A stretch of DNA of 63,294 nt, counting the filler. It is 8 parts of 8 records of this genome, joined end to end, with 100 filler letters (N's around TTAATTAATTAA, not from the genome) between each part and the next. Parts side by side here need not be neighbours in the genome. Positions count along the whole stretch, not along the records: positions 51,008 to 57,801 come from SRR31147125_66850; positions 57,902 to 63,294 come from SRR31147125_66939; 6 more parts are not named here. The stretch is one strand, 5' to 3'. Of the stretch, positions 55,459-63,223 are shown in pieces. The first letter of the stretch is position 1, and each line of letters opens with the position of its first letter. The notes under the pieces were generated by a model. The model was not told the DNA's origin. It searched no databases and saw only the letters and a list, made by a program, of their open reading frames with translations. A program made the position numbers and the translations under genes.

Positions 55459-56514
55459 TTATTTAAATTCTTTATAATAACTAATATTTTCTTTGGTTAT
55501 AATATCGATAGAGGTATAGTTTTCTTTTTGAATTTCGCGTTTCTGTACAATATTTCGAAACAGTTTATTTATTGAATTATATCCCTGTTCTTCAGGGCTT
55601 TGGCAAATAAGAAACTGAACCATGTCATTTTTCAGACATTCGATATTTTCCTTCAATAAATCGTGCCCAATAACCTTAATATTTTTAATATTATATTGTT
55701 TCAGTAATCGTCCAATATAAAATACTTTAGAATTGGTAACGAATATTCCTTTTATGTTGTTGTTTTCAATTTTTGCTACTACTTTTTCCATCCACCTGCT
55801 TGTTTCTGTATCAGGAACATCGGTTGTGAAAAGTTTGTGAGGATTGTTTTCTTTTTCTTTAAACCATTCGTAGAATCCTTTTTCGCGCTGAACAAGGTGG
55901 TTTTGGTTATCCATTTCTTTGGCAAAGTGAACAACTAATATGTTTCCTTCCGGAAGAATTAAATCAAGAAGTTTTCCTGAAACCAGTCCACTTTGATACG
56001 AATCTTGTCCAATATAACTAAGCTGTCCTGCATTTTTTATTTCTGAATCGATAAAAACAAATGGAATTTCCAGAGCTTTTAATTGGTCGATAAATTTTAA
56101 CGCTTCTTTTTTGTAGAAAGGAGCCATAACAACTCCGTCAGGTCTCAACTCCAGAATTTTAGCAGCTTCCGATGCAAAACTTTTTGAATTACTTTGGGTG
56201 AATGTAAAAGGCTGAATTTGAACTCCATATTGTTTGAGTTCGGCAATTCGTTTTTTAACACCCACAAATGGTTTGTTCCAGTATCCTTCAGCCGTTGGTG
56301 GTTGCGGAAAGAGGGTCGCAAAAACCGCAGCTTTTTTCGACGCAAGCGTACTTGCCAAAATATTAGGTTGATAATCGAGTTCTTCAATTATTTTCCGAAT
56401 CTTTTTTTTGGTTGATTCTGCTACCTCACCCCGATTGTGTAAAACGCGATCGACTGTTCCAATGGAAACTTTAGCCTTCTCTGCAATGTCTTTAATTCTA
56501 ATTTGTTTGTTCAA
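55459..56514 (-). CDS. LacI-family regulator
   Basis: IKDIAEKAKVSIGTVDRVLHNRG HTH, YQPN. Confidence 0.92.
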   Translation of the reverse strand: MNKQIRIKDIAEKAKVSIGTVDRVLHNRGEVAESTKKKIRKIIEELDYQPNILASTLASKKAAVFATLFPQPPTAEGYWNKPFVGVKKRIAELKQYGVQIQPFTFTQSNSKSFASEAAKILELRPDGVVMAPFYKKEALKFIDQLKALEIPFVFIDSEIKNAGQLSYIGQDSYQSGLVSGKLLDLILPEGNILVVHFAKEMDNQNHLVQREKGFYEWFKEKENNPHKLFTTDVPDTETSRWMEKVVAKIENNNIKGIFVTNSKVFYIGRLLKQYNIKNIKVIGHDLLKENIECLKNDMVQFLICQSPEEQGYNSINKLFRNIVQKREIQKENYTSIDIITKENISYYKEFK

Positions 56515-56597
56515 ATCTGTAATAGCTTGTTAAATAGTTTGTTAGCAATTTGTTGATTGCTGGTAGACATGCAAATGTACAGATTTTTTTGATTCGT

Positions 56598-56611
56598 CGT
56601 GTTCGTACACG
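56598..56611. promoter_or_regulatory. Candidate LacI-type operator upstream of the regulator gene
   Basis: CGTGT-TCGT-ACACG palindrome near a minus-strand TACATTTG box (56572-56579). Confidence 0.55.
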
Positions 56612-56658
56612 GTAAAATTTGAACAAAAATATTATACAACAGATTTTGTTGCTACTTA

Positions 56659-57483
56659 CTAAAATTTTGCGTTTGAAGGATCTGGAGCTGTTTCCAGAAC
56701 TTGTGGATTTTTTAACAGGTATTTTATGTGGCGGAATAATCTACCTCCGTGTGAGCCGTCAACAACGCGATGGTCGAGTGTAGCTGAAAGCTGCATAATT
56801 CTTCGGGGAACAATTTCTCCGTTAACTACTGCAGGTTTGTTTTGGATTGCTCCGAGAATCATAACCACAGAAACATTTGATGCAGGCAGAAGAGAACCGT
56901 AACCAGTGTCGAGGCCTACTGTTCCAATGTTTGAAACTACATACGAACCAAAACTACTTGAGTCGAGTCCGACGGCCGGAATTGAAATGCCCCAATCGAT
57001 TGTAACTGTTTTATATAAGCTGAACAACCATTTGCGGAATGGCCATGGAATTTTTGCCAACATGCCTTTCGATTGCATTGTATCGTTTTCGTCGCCTTTT
57101 CGCGATTCGCGGATGCGTTGTGCAATTTCGTCAGTAACTTCCTGAATGGTGCGTTGGTCGGCACTTTCAACACGTACAGTTCCCATTTCTCCACCGGGAA
57201 GCAATACGCTTACCATGGCATCTATATTTTTGCGTTGCGTAATTTTGCCTCGTTTTACAAAGGTGTTTAACTGCGGAACTTCGTTACGAATGGCTCTACC
57301 TATAATTAACGACATAATATAAGTAAGCGTAGTTTTTAATCCTTCTTTACGCTTTTGGGCAATAAATTTTTCAATGTCGGTAACATCCAATTCTACTGTC
57401 CCGTATATTTTCGAGTCGGTAGGTTTTTTGTAAATGGTCGACGCTACTGTGCGCCATTCTGAATTATAATCAATAGAGCTCAT
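56659..57483 (-). CDS. Stand-alone 2-oxoacid dehydrogenase E2 catalytic-domain protein
   Basis: SNIG and DHRVVDG; no lipoyl domain. Confidence 0.85.
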   Translation of the reverse strand: MSSIDYNSEWRTVASTIYKKPTDSKIYGTVELDVTDIEKFIAQKRKEGLKTTLTYIMSLIIGRAIRNEVPQLNTFVKRGKITQRKNIDAMVSVLLPGGEMGTVRVESADQRTIQEVTDEIAQRIRESRKGDENDTMQSKGMLAKIPWPFRKWLFSLYKTVTIDWGISIPAVGLDSSSFGSYVVSNIGTVGLDTGYGSLLPASNVSVVMILGAIQNKPAVVNGEIVPRRIMQLSATLDHRVVDGSHGGRLFRHIKYLLKNPQVLETAPDPSNAKF

Positions 57484-57801
57484 ACAACGATTTTTTTTTA
57501 GTATTCAATCGTTTTCAATAAAAACATTCGAATAATTACGGCTTTGGGCACAAATGTAATTTTTTAATCGGAAAAGAGGTATTCCCCTTTTGAATATATT
57601 AAAAAGAATTTTTGTTCAGTTTTAATTACAGCTTTTGCGTAACAAAGTTTCGGACGATTTTTGTTAGCGTTTTATTGTTTGAAATGATTTTAAATAGAAG
57701 TTTTAGTTTTGAATAACTTGCAATAATACATACTTTTACAAAGTAGCACAGGGTATCATAGCGTGAGTTTGTGTACTACAGAACGAAATCATAATCAATG
57801 A

Positions 57802-57901
57802 NNNNNNNNNNNNNNNNNNNNNNNNNNNNNNNNNNNNNNNNNNNNTTAATTAATTAANNNNNNNNNNNNNNNNNNNNNNNNNNNNNNNNNNNNNNNNNNN
57901 N
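57802..57901. other. Artificial contig linker
   Basis: N44-TTAATTAATTAA-N44. Confidence 0.99.
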
Positions 57902-57902
57902 T

Positions 57903-58916
57903 TTTTGTAGTGTAAATTTTAATAAAAGTAGTATTTCTTTTACAGAAGCAAAGTTTATCGAAGGCGATGTTTCCTTTCTTGGTACAAATTTTGATAAAAC
58001 AAAATTTATAAAAAGTAATGTTACTTTTACACTCACTAAATCAACTGAAGTAAATATTTCTTTTGAAAGATCAAGATTTAAAGAAGGAAATATTTCTTTT
58101 CAAAAATCAGAGTTAGGAAAAGGAAAAGTTTCTTTTCAAAAAGCAAAGGTAGAGGATGTAATGTTTTTTCTAACAAATCTCCTTTCTATTAGTGATTTTA
58201 GTTTTAAGGAATGTAATAAATTATCAATAATGAATTGCGTTATTGATGGTACATTAGACTTGCAAAGTAAGATTAACATACTTCAATTAAAAAATGTAAA
58301 AAACCTAGGCAAAATATATCACGATTGGAATGAACATAATCTAAAACAAGCAACTTATAATCAAGAAGACGAAATAATTTATCTTGAAAAAGCAAAACAA
58401 TTTCGATTGCTCAAAGAAAAATTTAGTAACATTGGTCAATATGATGATGAGGATTGTGCATACTTTGAATTCAAACGATGTATGCGTTTATCGAAGAAAC
58501 TTGGAGAGGGAAAAGAGGAGGAAAAGTTTAGGTGGCTTAGATCACCGTTTAGAAAACTAATATCTTTTATCCAGTATATTATCTTTGAAAAAATAGGCGG
58601 TTACGGAACTAAGCCACGAAATGTGTTTGTGACTATGCTCATAACGGTCTCAATATTTGCATTGATTTACATGTTTGTTCCTTACCTAACCTTTGAGCAA
58701 GGCATTAGTGATGCATCAGGTAACGAACTCATTACGACTATTCAGTCTTTCACGAATGCAATTTATTATAGTGGAATAACATTCTTAACAGTAGGTTACG
58801 GAGATATTTCCCCAGTTAGTACAGCTGCAAAACTTTTATCTGTAACAGAGGGTTTTATGGGGATTTTCCTCATGTCCTACTTTACAGTTGCGTTTGTTAG
58901 GAAGTTGTTGAGATGA
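57903..58916 (+). CDS. Pentapeptide-repeat protein with C-terminal 2TM potassium-channel domain, 5'-truncated
   Basis: Open from 57903 with repeated [IV]SFxx[AS]xF units; TVGYGD selectivity filter. Confidence 0.88.
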   Translation, partial: FCSVNFNKSSISFTEAKFIEGDVSFLGTNFDKTKFIKSNVTFTLTKSTEVNISFERSRFKEGNISFQKSELGKGKVSFQKAKVEDVMFFLTNLLSISDFSFKECNKLSIMNCVIDGTLDLQSKINILQLKNVKNLGKIYHDWNEHNLKQATYNQEDEIIYLEKAKQFRLLKEKFSNIGQYDDEDCAYFEFKRCMRLSKKLGEGKEEEKFRWLRSPFRKLISFIQYIIFEKIGGYGTKPRNVFVTMLITVSIFALIYMFVPYLTFEQGISDASGNELITTIQSFTNAIYYSGITFLTVGYGDISPVSTAAKLLSVTEGFMGIFLMSYFTVAFVRKLLR

Positions 58917-58944
58917 TAATTTGATTTAAGTTGTTGATAAATAG

Positions 58945-58992
58945 AAAATTACTATAAGGATGTGTAATTGTACACATCCTTATAGTAATTTT
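58945..58992. terminator. 22-bp-arm perfect inverted repeat between convergent genes
   Basis: AAAATTACTATAAGGATGTGTA-ATTG-TACACATCCTTATAGTAATTTT. Confidence 0.75.
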
Positions 58993-59013
58993 GAAATTTC
59001 TACTTCCTAAAAA

Positions 59014-59208
59014 CTATTTGTCAAAATGGAATAGAATATTACCATCTTCGTTATCATATGTGTCTTGAATTTCTTGAGGGTTACCAGAAATCTTCTTTTT
59101 TTTAATTTCTTTCTTACCATCACTTCCAACGTGTGTTTCAACACATGTCCATTTTTCCTTTCCCGGTGCCTTTTCTTTGTCAAAGCACACTACACTAATT
59201 ACTGCCAT
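59014..59208 (-). CDS. Hypothetical 64-aa protein
   Basis: AAGGAGG RBS; upstream TTGACT-17-GATAAT promoter (59340-59312). Confidence 0.7.
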   Translation of the reverse strand: MAVISVVCFDKEKAPGKEKWTCVETHVGSDGKKEIKKKKISGNPQEIQDTYDNEDGNILFHFDK

Positions 59209-59338
59209 TTAATTCCCTCCTTTTTATATTGTGTCTAAAATAATATATGCAAAATTATAATTTTTCCTTTTTAAAATGTTTGGCAATCCTCCCTTCTTAA
59301 ATTCCTCACAAATTATCCTCCCCGATAAATGATAAGTC

Positions 59339-59405
59339 AAAAATAAAAAATGCAGAGCAAGGCTCCGGAACCTTCTCTGCGGCGGGGTCGATAACCGTCG
59401 TTATC
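59339..59405 (-). ncRNA. Candidate structured small RNA or attenuator
   Basis: GC-rich island with two hairpins (59390-59405 and 59352-59380) ending in a U-rich tract on the minus strand. Confidence 0.4.
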
Positions 59406-59534
59406 AAAAAATAACACTAAATCAAATTAACTATTAATTTGACTTAAGTTTACAAAATAAAAAATATTTAGCTAATTTGAAATTTTATGGTATATTTTTG
59501 TAGAGGTTTACTTGATTTAAGGGAGGAAATAAAA

Positions 59535-60725
59535 ATGACAAAAGATATTTTTAATGAAGTTGAAATTGTAGAGATGAATGATAAGTCTCTTGATTTTTCT
59601 TTATATGAATCATTAGTGCAAGGTGAATTTTTGTATTTAATTCGAAAAGAGCGATTTGAAGAATACAATAAGCAGTTTGAAGAATTATATTATCAAACTA
59701 GAGATATTAATGCTCATATTTCATATGATTATTATCAAAGTAAAGTATACGATATTATGCTTGAAAATAAGGGGAAGAAATTCAAATTAAAACATGAAAT
59801 AGGTAAGCATGTTTCTGGTTTAGAAGAAAATGAATATATTATTTATAAGCAAATATATGGATTGAGATTTGAAGAGGAAATAGATAGAATATCTCTAGAA
59901 AAATTTGAAATTATATCCTATAAAAAAAATAAAGGCGAAATTGATTTACATTGTAACTTTTTATCTCATCCAGCTTTGATGCCTGATGAAGATAGTTATT
60001 TCATTTCGGTAAAGATATCTAGTAAAGAAAGTTCAAAAGCTAGTGAAATAGCGAATGAAGAGTTTGAAAATTTCAAGTGTTTTTTTAGAGTAATGTTAAA
60101 TAGCCCTTTAGCTAATCTATCTTTTGGATTTGTGCCACAAGGGAGAAAATATAACAGAACTTATTGTTTTGGAAATGGATGTGTTCTAGAATCAGTTAAA
60201 ACAGAAAATATCAAGTATAATGTCAAACTTGATAATGAATTTTTTCAAAAAAATATGAACAGACATTATAGCAAATTACTAAAGATATTATGTAAAACAA
60301 ATCAAAATGAAATAGAAAGTAGAATTATTAAATCTCTAAGGTGGTTAAGTGATTCCCTGTTTGAGGAAGAGCTTCAAATGAAGTTTTTAAAAGGGATGAT
60401 AGCGTTTGAGGTATTATTTACATTTAGCGAAAAAGGTTATTTGGTAAATCCTGGAATTGCCAATCAAATTTCTGAGACTACAGCTTTTGTAATTGGCGAA
60501 AATTCTGCTGAAAGGTTAGAAGTAGAAAAGGGAATGAAAAAACTATATGGAACGCGTAGTAGCATTACACATAGTGGTAAGAACGAAATAAAAGATGAAG
60601 AATATCAACTGCTTTTCAAATATGCATGCAATGCATTAATTTTGACAATTGAGGAAAAGTTTAAAGTTGATTCGGTTAAAGAGTTTTATAATGTTATTAA
60701 AACTATGAAATATAAAGTAGAGTAA
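59535..60725 (+). CDS. ApeA-like HEPN domain protein (putative RNase / Abi effector)
   Basis: GGAGG RBS; C-terminal FL..MIAFE.LF..KKLYGTRSSITHSG with R-X4-H at 60555-60572. Confidence 0.8.
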   Translation: MTKDIFNEVEIVEMNDKSLDFSLYESLVQGEFLYLIRKERFEEYNKQFEELYYQTRDINAHISYDYYQSKVYDIMLENKGKKFKLKHEIGKHVSGLEENEYIIYKQIYGLRFEEEIDRISLEKFEIISYKKNKGEIDLHCNFLSHPALMPDEDSYFISVKISSKESSKASEIANEEFENFKCFFRVMLNSPLANLSFGFVPQGRKYNRTYCFGNGCVLESVKTENIKYNVKLDNEFFQKNMNRHYSKLLKILCKTNQNEIESRIIKSLRWLSDSLFEEELQMKFLKGMIAFEVLFTFSEKGYLVNPGIANQISETTAFVIGENSAERLEVEKGMKKLYGTRSSITHSGKNEIKDEEYQLLFKYACNALILTIEEKFKVDSVKEFYNVIKTMKYKVE

Positions 60726-60734
60726 GGAGGCAAA

Positions 60735-61133
60735 TTGAAGAGAAAAGTTATTAAAGTTATTATTTTTTTAGCAATCAGTATTTTTGTATTTTCTGATAAT
60801 AAAATGAATTATGACTATTCAACGGAAAAAACATTAAGAGATTCAAACTATACAGATTGGATTTTTGGAGGTAAATATCCACCTATTTTTCAATTAGATA
60901 ATGATGCTGATTTTATAGAATCAATTAATTTAGCTTTGAAATCTATTAATCTACCTGAAATAAAAAGAGTTGTAAAAGAAAAAGAAGAAATTACAGGAAG
61001 TCGTTGGGATAGAGGGATATATGAATGGCCAGATTATGAACTTGGAATACTTCAAATTGAAAGAACAACAAGTAGTGATAAATCATTTAATTACTATAAT
61101 GCAATATGGAAAATATCTTTACAAACAAAATGA
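60735..61133 (+). CDS. Hypothetical exported protein
   Basis: AAGGAGG RBS, TTG start, basic-then-hydrophobic signal peptide. Confidence 0.75.
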   Translation: MKRKVIKVIIFLAISIFVFSDNKMNYDYSTEKTLRDSNYTDWIFGGKYPPIFQLDNDADFIESINLALKSINLPEIKRVVKEKEEITGSRWDRGIYEWPDYELGILQIERTTSSDKSFNYYNAIWKISLQTK

Positions 61134-61136
61134 CTT

Positions 61137-61164
61137 AAAACCACGACTAACCTCGTGGTTTTTT
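61137..61164 (+). terminator. Rho-independent terminator
   Basis: AAAACCACGA-CTAACC-TCGTGGTTTTTT. Confidence 0.8.
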
Positions 61165-61218
61165 CACGTATTACATCCTATAATTTTAATTACTCTACAA
61201 AAAGTACAATAAAAAAAC

Positions 61219-61263
61219 TTGACATGTTAGTCACATATGCTGTATAGTTTGTATGTGACTAAC
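61219..61263 (+). promoter_or_regulatory. Sigma70 promoter overlapped by a 12-bp-arm operator
   Basis: TTGACA-18-TATAGT; GTTAGTCACATA (61226-37) and TATGTGACTAAC (61252-63). Confidence 0.8.
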
Positions 61264-61276
61264 GGGGAGGCACATA

Positions 61277-61450
61277 ATGGAAAAAAGAGAACTAAATGTT
61301 TCTTTTTATAAGGCTGGAAATGGTGTTGCAACGAGAATTAATCTTCCTAAAACTTGGGTTAACAAACTTAATGTGACAGAAAATGACAGAAAAGTTATTG
61401 TTGAATTTGATGAAGAAAAAGAAATAATAACAATTTGTAAGAAGAAATAA
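61277..61450 (+). CDS. 57-aa AbrB/MazE/SpoVT-like DNA-binding protein (not in the ORF track)
   Basis: GGAGG RBS; MEKRELNVSFYKAGNGVATRINLPKTWVNKLNVTENDRKVIVEFDEEKEIITICKKK matches the swapped-hairpin pattern (R.I.LPK.W...L.....V). Confidence 0.8.
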   Translation: MEKRELNVSFYKAGNGVATRINLPKTWVNKLNVTENDRKVIVEFDEEKEIITICKKK

Positions 61451-61514
61451 AAAGTGCCCCTGAACTAGTCGGAACCAGAACAAGGGCAAGCATGTTAAAA
61501 TAACATACCGTGAC
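61445..61514 (-). ncRNA. Predicted counter-transcribed antisense RNA of about 70 nt
   Basis: Minus-strand TTGAAT-17-TAAAAT promoter with extended TG (61549-61521); terminator TGCCCTTG..CAGGGGCA followed by a U tract. Confidence 0.6.
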
Positions 61515-61570
61515 AAGTATATTTTAACATGCTTGCCTTAAAAATTCAATATTTTAAGGAGGAATACGGC

Positions 61571-61699
61571 ATGAATATGAAGTTTTTAAAAAACGGATGG
61601 ATTGAAGTTACTGTCAAAGGACTATCAGGAAAATTTTTAGTTGAAACACCAGAACTAGCACAAGAAATTGCATGGAAGCTAGGGGGTGGCATGGCATGA
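61571..61699 (+). CDS. 42-aa leader ORF coupled to the antirepressor (not in the ORF track)
   Basis: AAGGAGG RBS; MNMKFLKNGWIEVTVKGLSGKFLVETPELAQEIAWKLGGGMA*; ATGA overlap at 61696-61699. Confidence 0.7.
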   Translation: MNMKFLKNGWIEVTVKGLSGKFLVETPELAQEIAWKLGGGMA

Positions 61700-62298
61700 T
61701 GGATTTAGTAGTTCAAGAAAAAGGAAATGATAGAGTTGTATCCGCGAGAGATTTATATGAGTTTTTAGAAGTAAAAAGTAAATTTGCGGATTGGATTAAG
61801 AGGAGATTATTAAAATATCAATATGCTAAAGAAAATGTAGATTACTCAATTATTTTTATCGCTTCTCAAAATAGAGAAGCGATAAAAGGTGGTCAAAATA
61901 AAAAGGATTATATTTTGAAATTAGATCTAGCCAAGCATATTTGTATGATGGAAGATACAGAAAAAGGTTGGCAAGCTAGACAAATATTTATTGAAGTTGA
62001 AAAAAAGTATAATGAGAAACTTCAACAAGAATTAGAAGAGAGTAGAGATGAACTTGAAACTATTTCCGAAAGTAAAGGAGACAATACTGTTGAAGCTACC
62101 CTTATAGAAATAGGAAGATTGGAAGCAAAAATTGGTAGAGAGTTATCTATTTTGAAAAGAATGTATGCAGAGATAGGAGTTTTCTCTGAAAAGAAAATTG
62201 ATTGGATAAAGCAATTAGGATTCAAGACAGACAAAATTAAGAGAGCTGTCATGAATGGAGAACCGTATGTGATGCAGTGCTTGGATGAAAAAGAGTAA
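61696..62298 (+). CDS. Phage antirepressor, AntA/AntB family
   Basis: VSARDLYEFLEVKSKFADWIK..ENVDY..DYILKLDLAKHICM..KG.QAR..FI. Confidence 0.9.
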   Translation: MMDLVVQEKGNDRVVSARDLYEFLEVKSKFADWIKRRLLKYQYAKENVDYSIIFIASQNREAIKGGQNKKDYILKLDLAKHICMMEDTEKGWQARQIFIEVEKKYNEKLQQELEESRDELETISESKGDNTVEATLIEIGRLEAKIGRELSILKRMYAEIGVFSEKKIDWIKQLGFKTDKIKRAVMNGEPYVMQCLDEKE

Positions 62299-62303
62299 AT
62301 TTG

Positions 62304-62327
62304 AGAGCCAAATTATTTCGGCTCTTT
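62304..62327 (+). repeat. Terminator-like hairpin, copy 1 of a 24-bp direct repeat
   Basis: AGAGCCAAATTATTTCGGCTCTTT, 23/24 identical to 63132-63155. Confidence 0.8.
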
Positions 62328-62386
62328 GTTTTGAGATATATCAAAAATATGGTATAATCTATATTATTAAATGGAGGCATAAACAT

Positions 62387-62906
62387 TTGGAAAATCAACA
62401 GTTTATAGATATTATTATAGATGAACTAACTCCCTGTTTAATTGATAGCGAAACAGGAGAAGTATTAGATACAGAGATAGAATCAATTAAAGTAAAAAAG
62501 ATAGATATTATATCTAAGTTTCAATTTGATTGGCTAAAAATTCAAAATGAGGGAGCAAAAAATTTTTGCTCTTAAATTGAAAGGTTTAAAGGAAATAGAA
62601 GGACTTATTGCGTATAATATAGATGAAAGTAGTAATGGAATTGTAATTCGATTAGTCGAATCGACTAGAAAAAATATTGGAAAACAAGGTAAATATAAAG
62701 GTGTTGGAGGACATTTGTTTGCTTTTGCCTGCAAACAAGCTAAAGAACTTAATTATGATTGCGTTTATTTTGTTGCTAAGACTAGATTAAAAGAACATTA
62801 TCAAAAAACTCTTGGAGCAGAAGTAGTTTTCGGCGATACTATGATTATAGAGGAAGAATCATTTGAGTCTTTGATAAAAAAATATTATGAAGAGGAGGAA
62901 TGTTAA
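62387..62906 (+). CDS. GNAT-fold acetyltransferase-like protein (frameshift at A6T5 near 62560)
   Basis: TGnTATAAT promoter (62350-58), GGAGG RBS, TTG start; KYKGVGGHLF acetyl-CoA motif-A-like segment and HYQKTLG motif-B-like segment. Confidence 0.7.
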
Positions 62907-63119
62907 ATGTTAAAGAGAGATATTAAAAAAGATATTGCTGCTTGGAATAAAATTGATGAAATTTCTCAAGGAATTTATGTGATTCCTCAAAAGAGTAATG
63001 TCAAAATGGGAGAAGTAAGAAAATACTGCAAACTCCACAATAAAAAGTATTCCGAACTTACAGATGCGGAATGGGAAAATTTTACAACTAATGCAGGAAT
63101 GTTAGTTTGTGCTAAATAG
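62907..63119 (+). CDS. Hypothetical 70-aa protein, candidate partner or antitoxin
   Basis: Starts directly after the GNAT stop codon; GAGGAGG RBS. Confidence 0.75.
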   Translation: MLKRDIKKDIAAWNKIDEISQGIYVIPQKSNVKMGEVRKYCKLHNKKYSELTDAEWENFTTNAGMLVCAK

Positions 63120-63131
63120 AAAAATTATTTA

Positions 63132-63157
63132 AGAGCCGAATTATTTCGGCTCTTTTT
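63132..63157 (+). repeat. Terminator hairpin, copy 2 of the 24-bp direct repeat
   Basis: AGAGCCGAATTATTTCGGCTCTTTTT. Confidence 0.85.
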
Positions 63158-63223
63158 ATATACAACTTGCTAACTCTTTACAAATATGTTATCATTACAA
63201 AAACTAAATTAGAGGTGAAACTA

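Noticed and set aside
15941-57901. Seven copies of TTAATTAATTAA as a biological repeat, and gene clusters spanning them
   Set aside because: Each copy sits inside an N44..N44 artificial linker; composition and apparent taxonomy change across them.
62285-62386. ORF-track start 62285 for the GNAT gene (also 61672 for AntA and 59487 for HEPN)
   Set aside because: These extensions run through terminator, promoter or leader-ORF sequence; better-supported starts are 62387, 61696 and 59535.
3334-62906. Many frameshifts as programmed frameshifting, phase variation or genome decay
   Set aside because: They occur across most contigs, including in the essential obgE, and mostly at homopolymer runs, which points to sequencing indel error.
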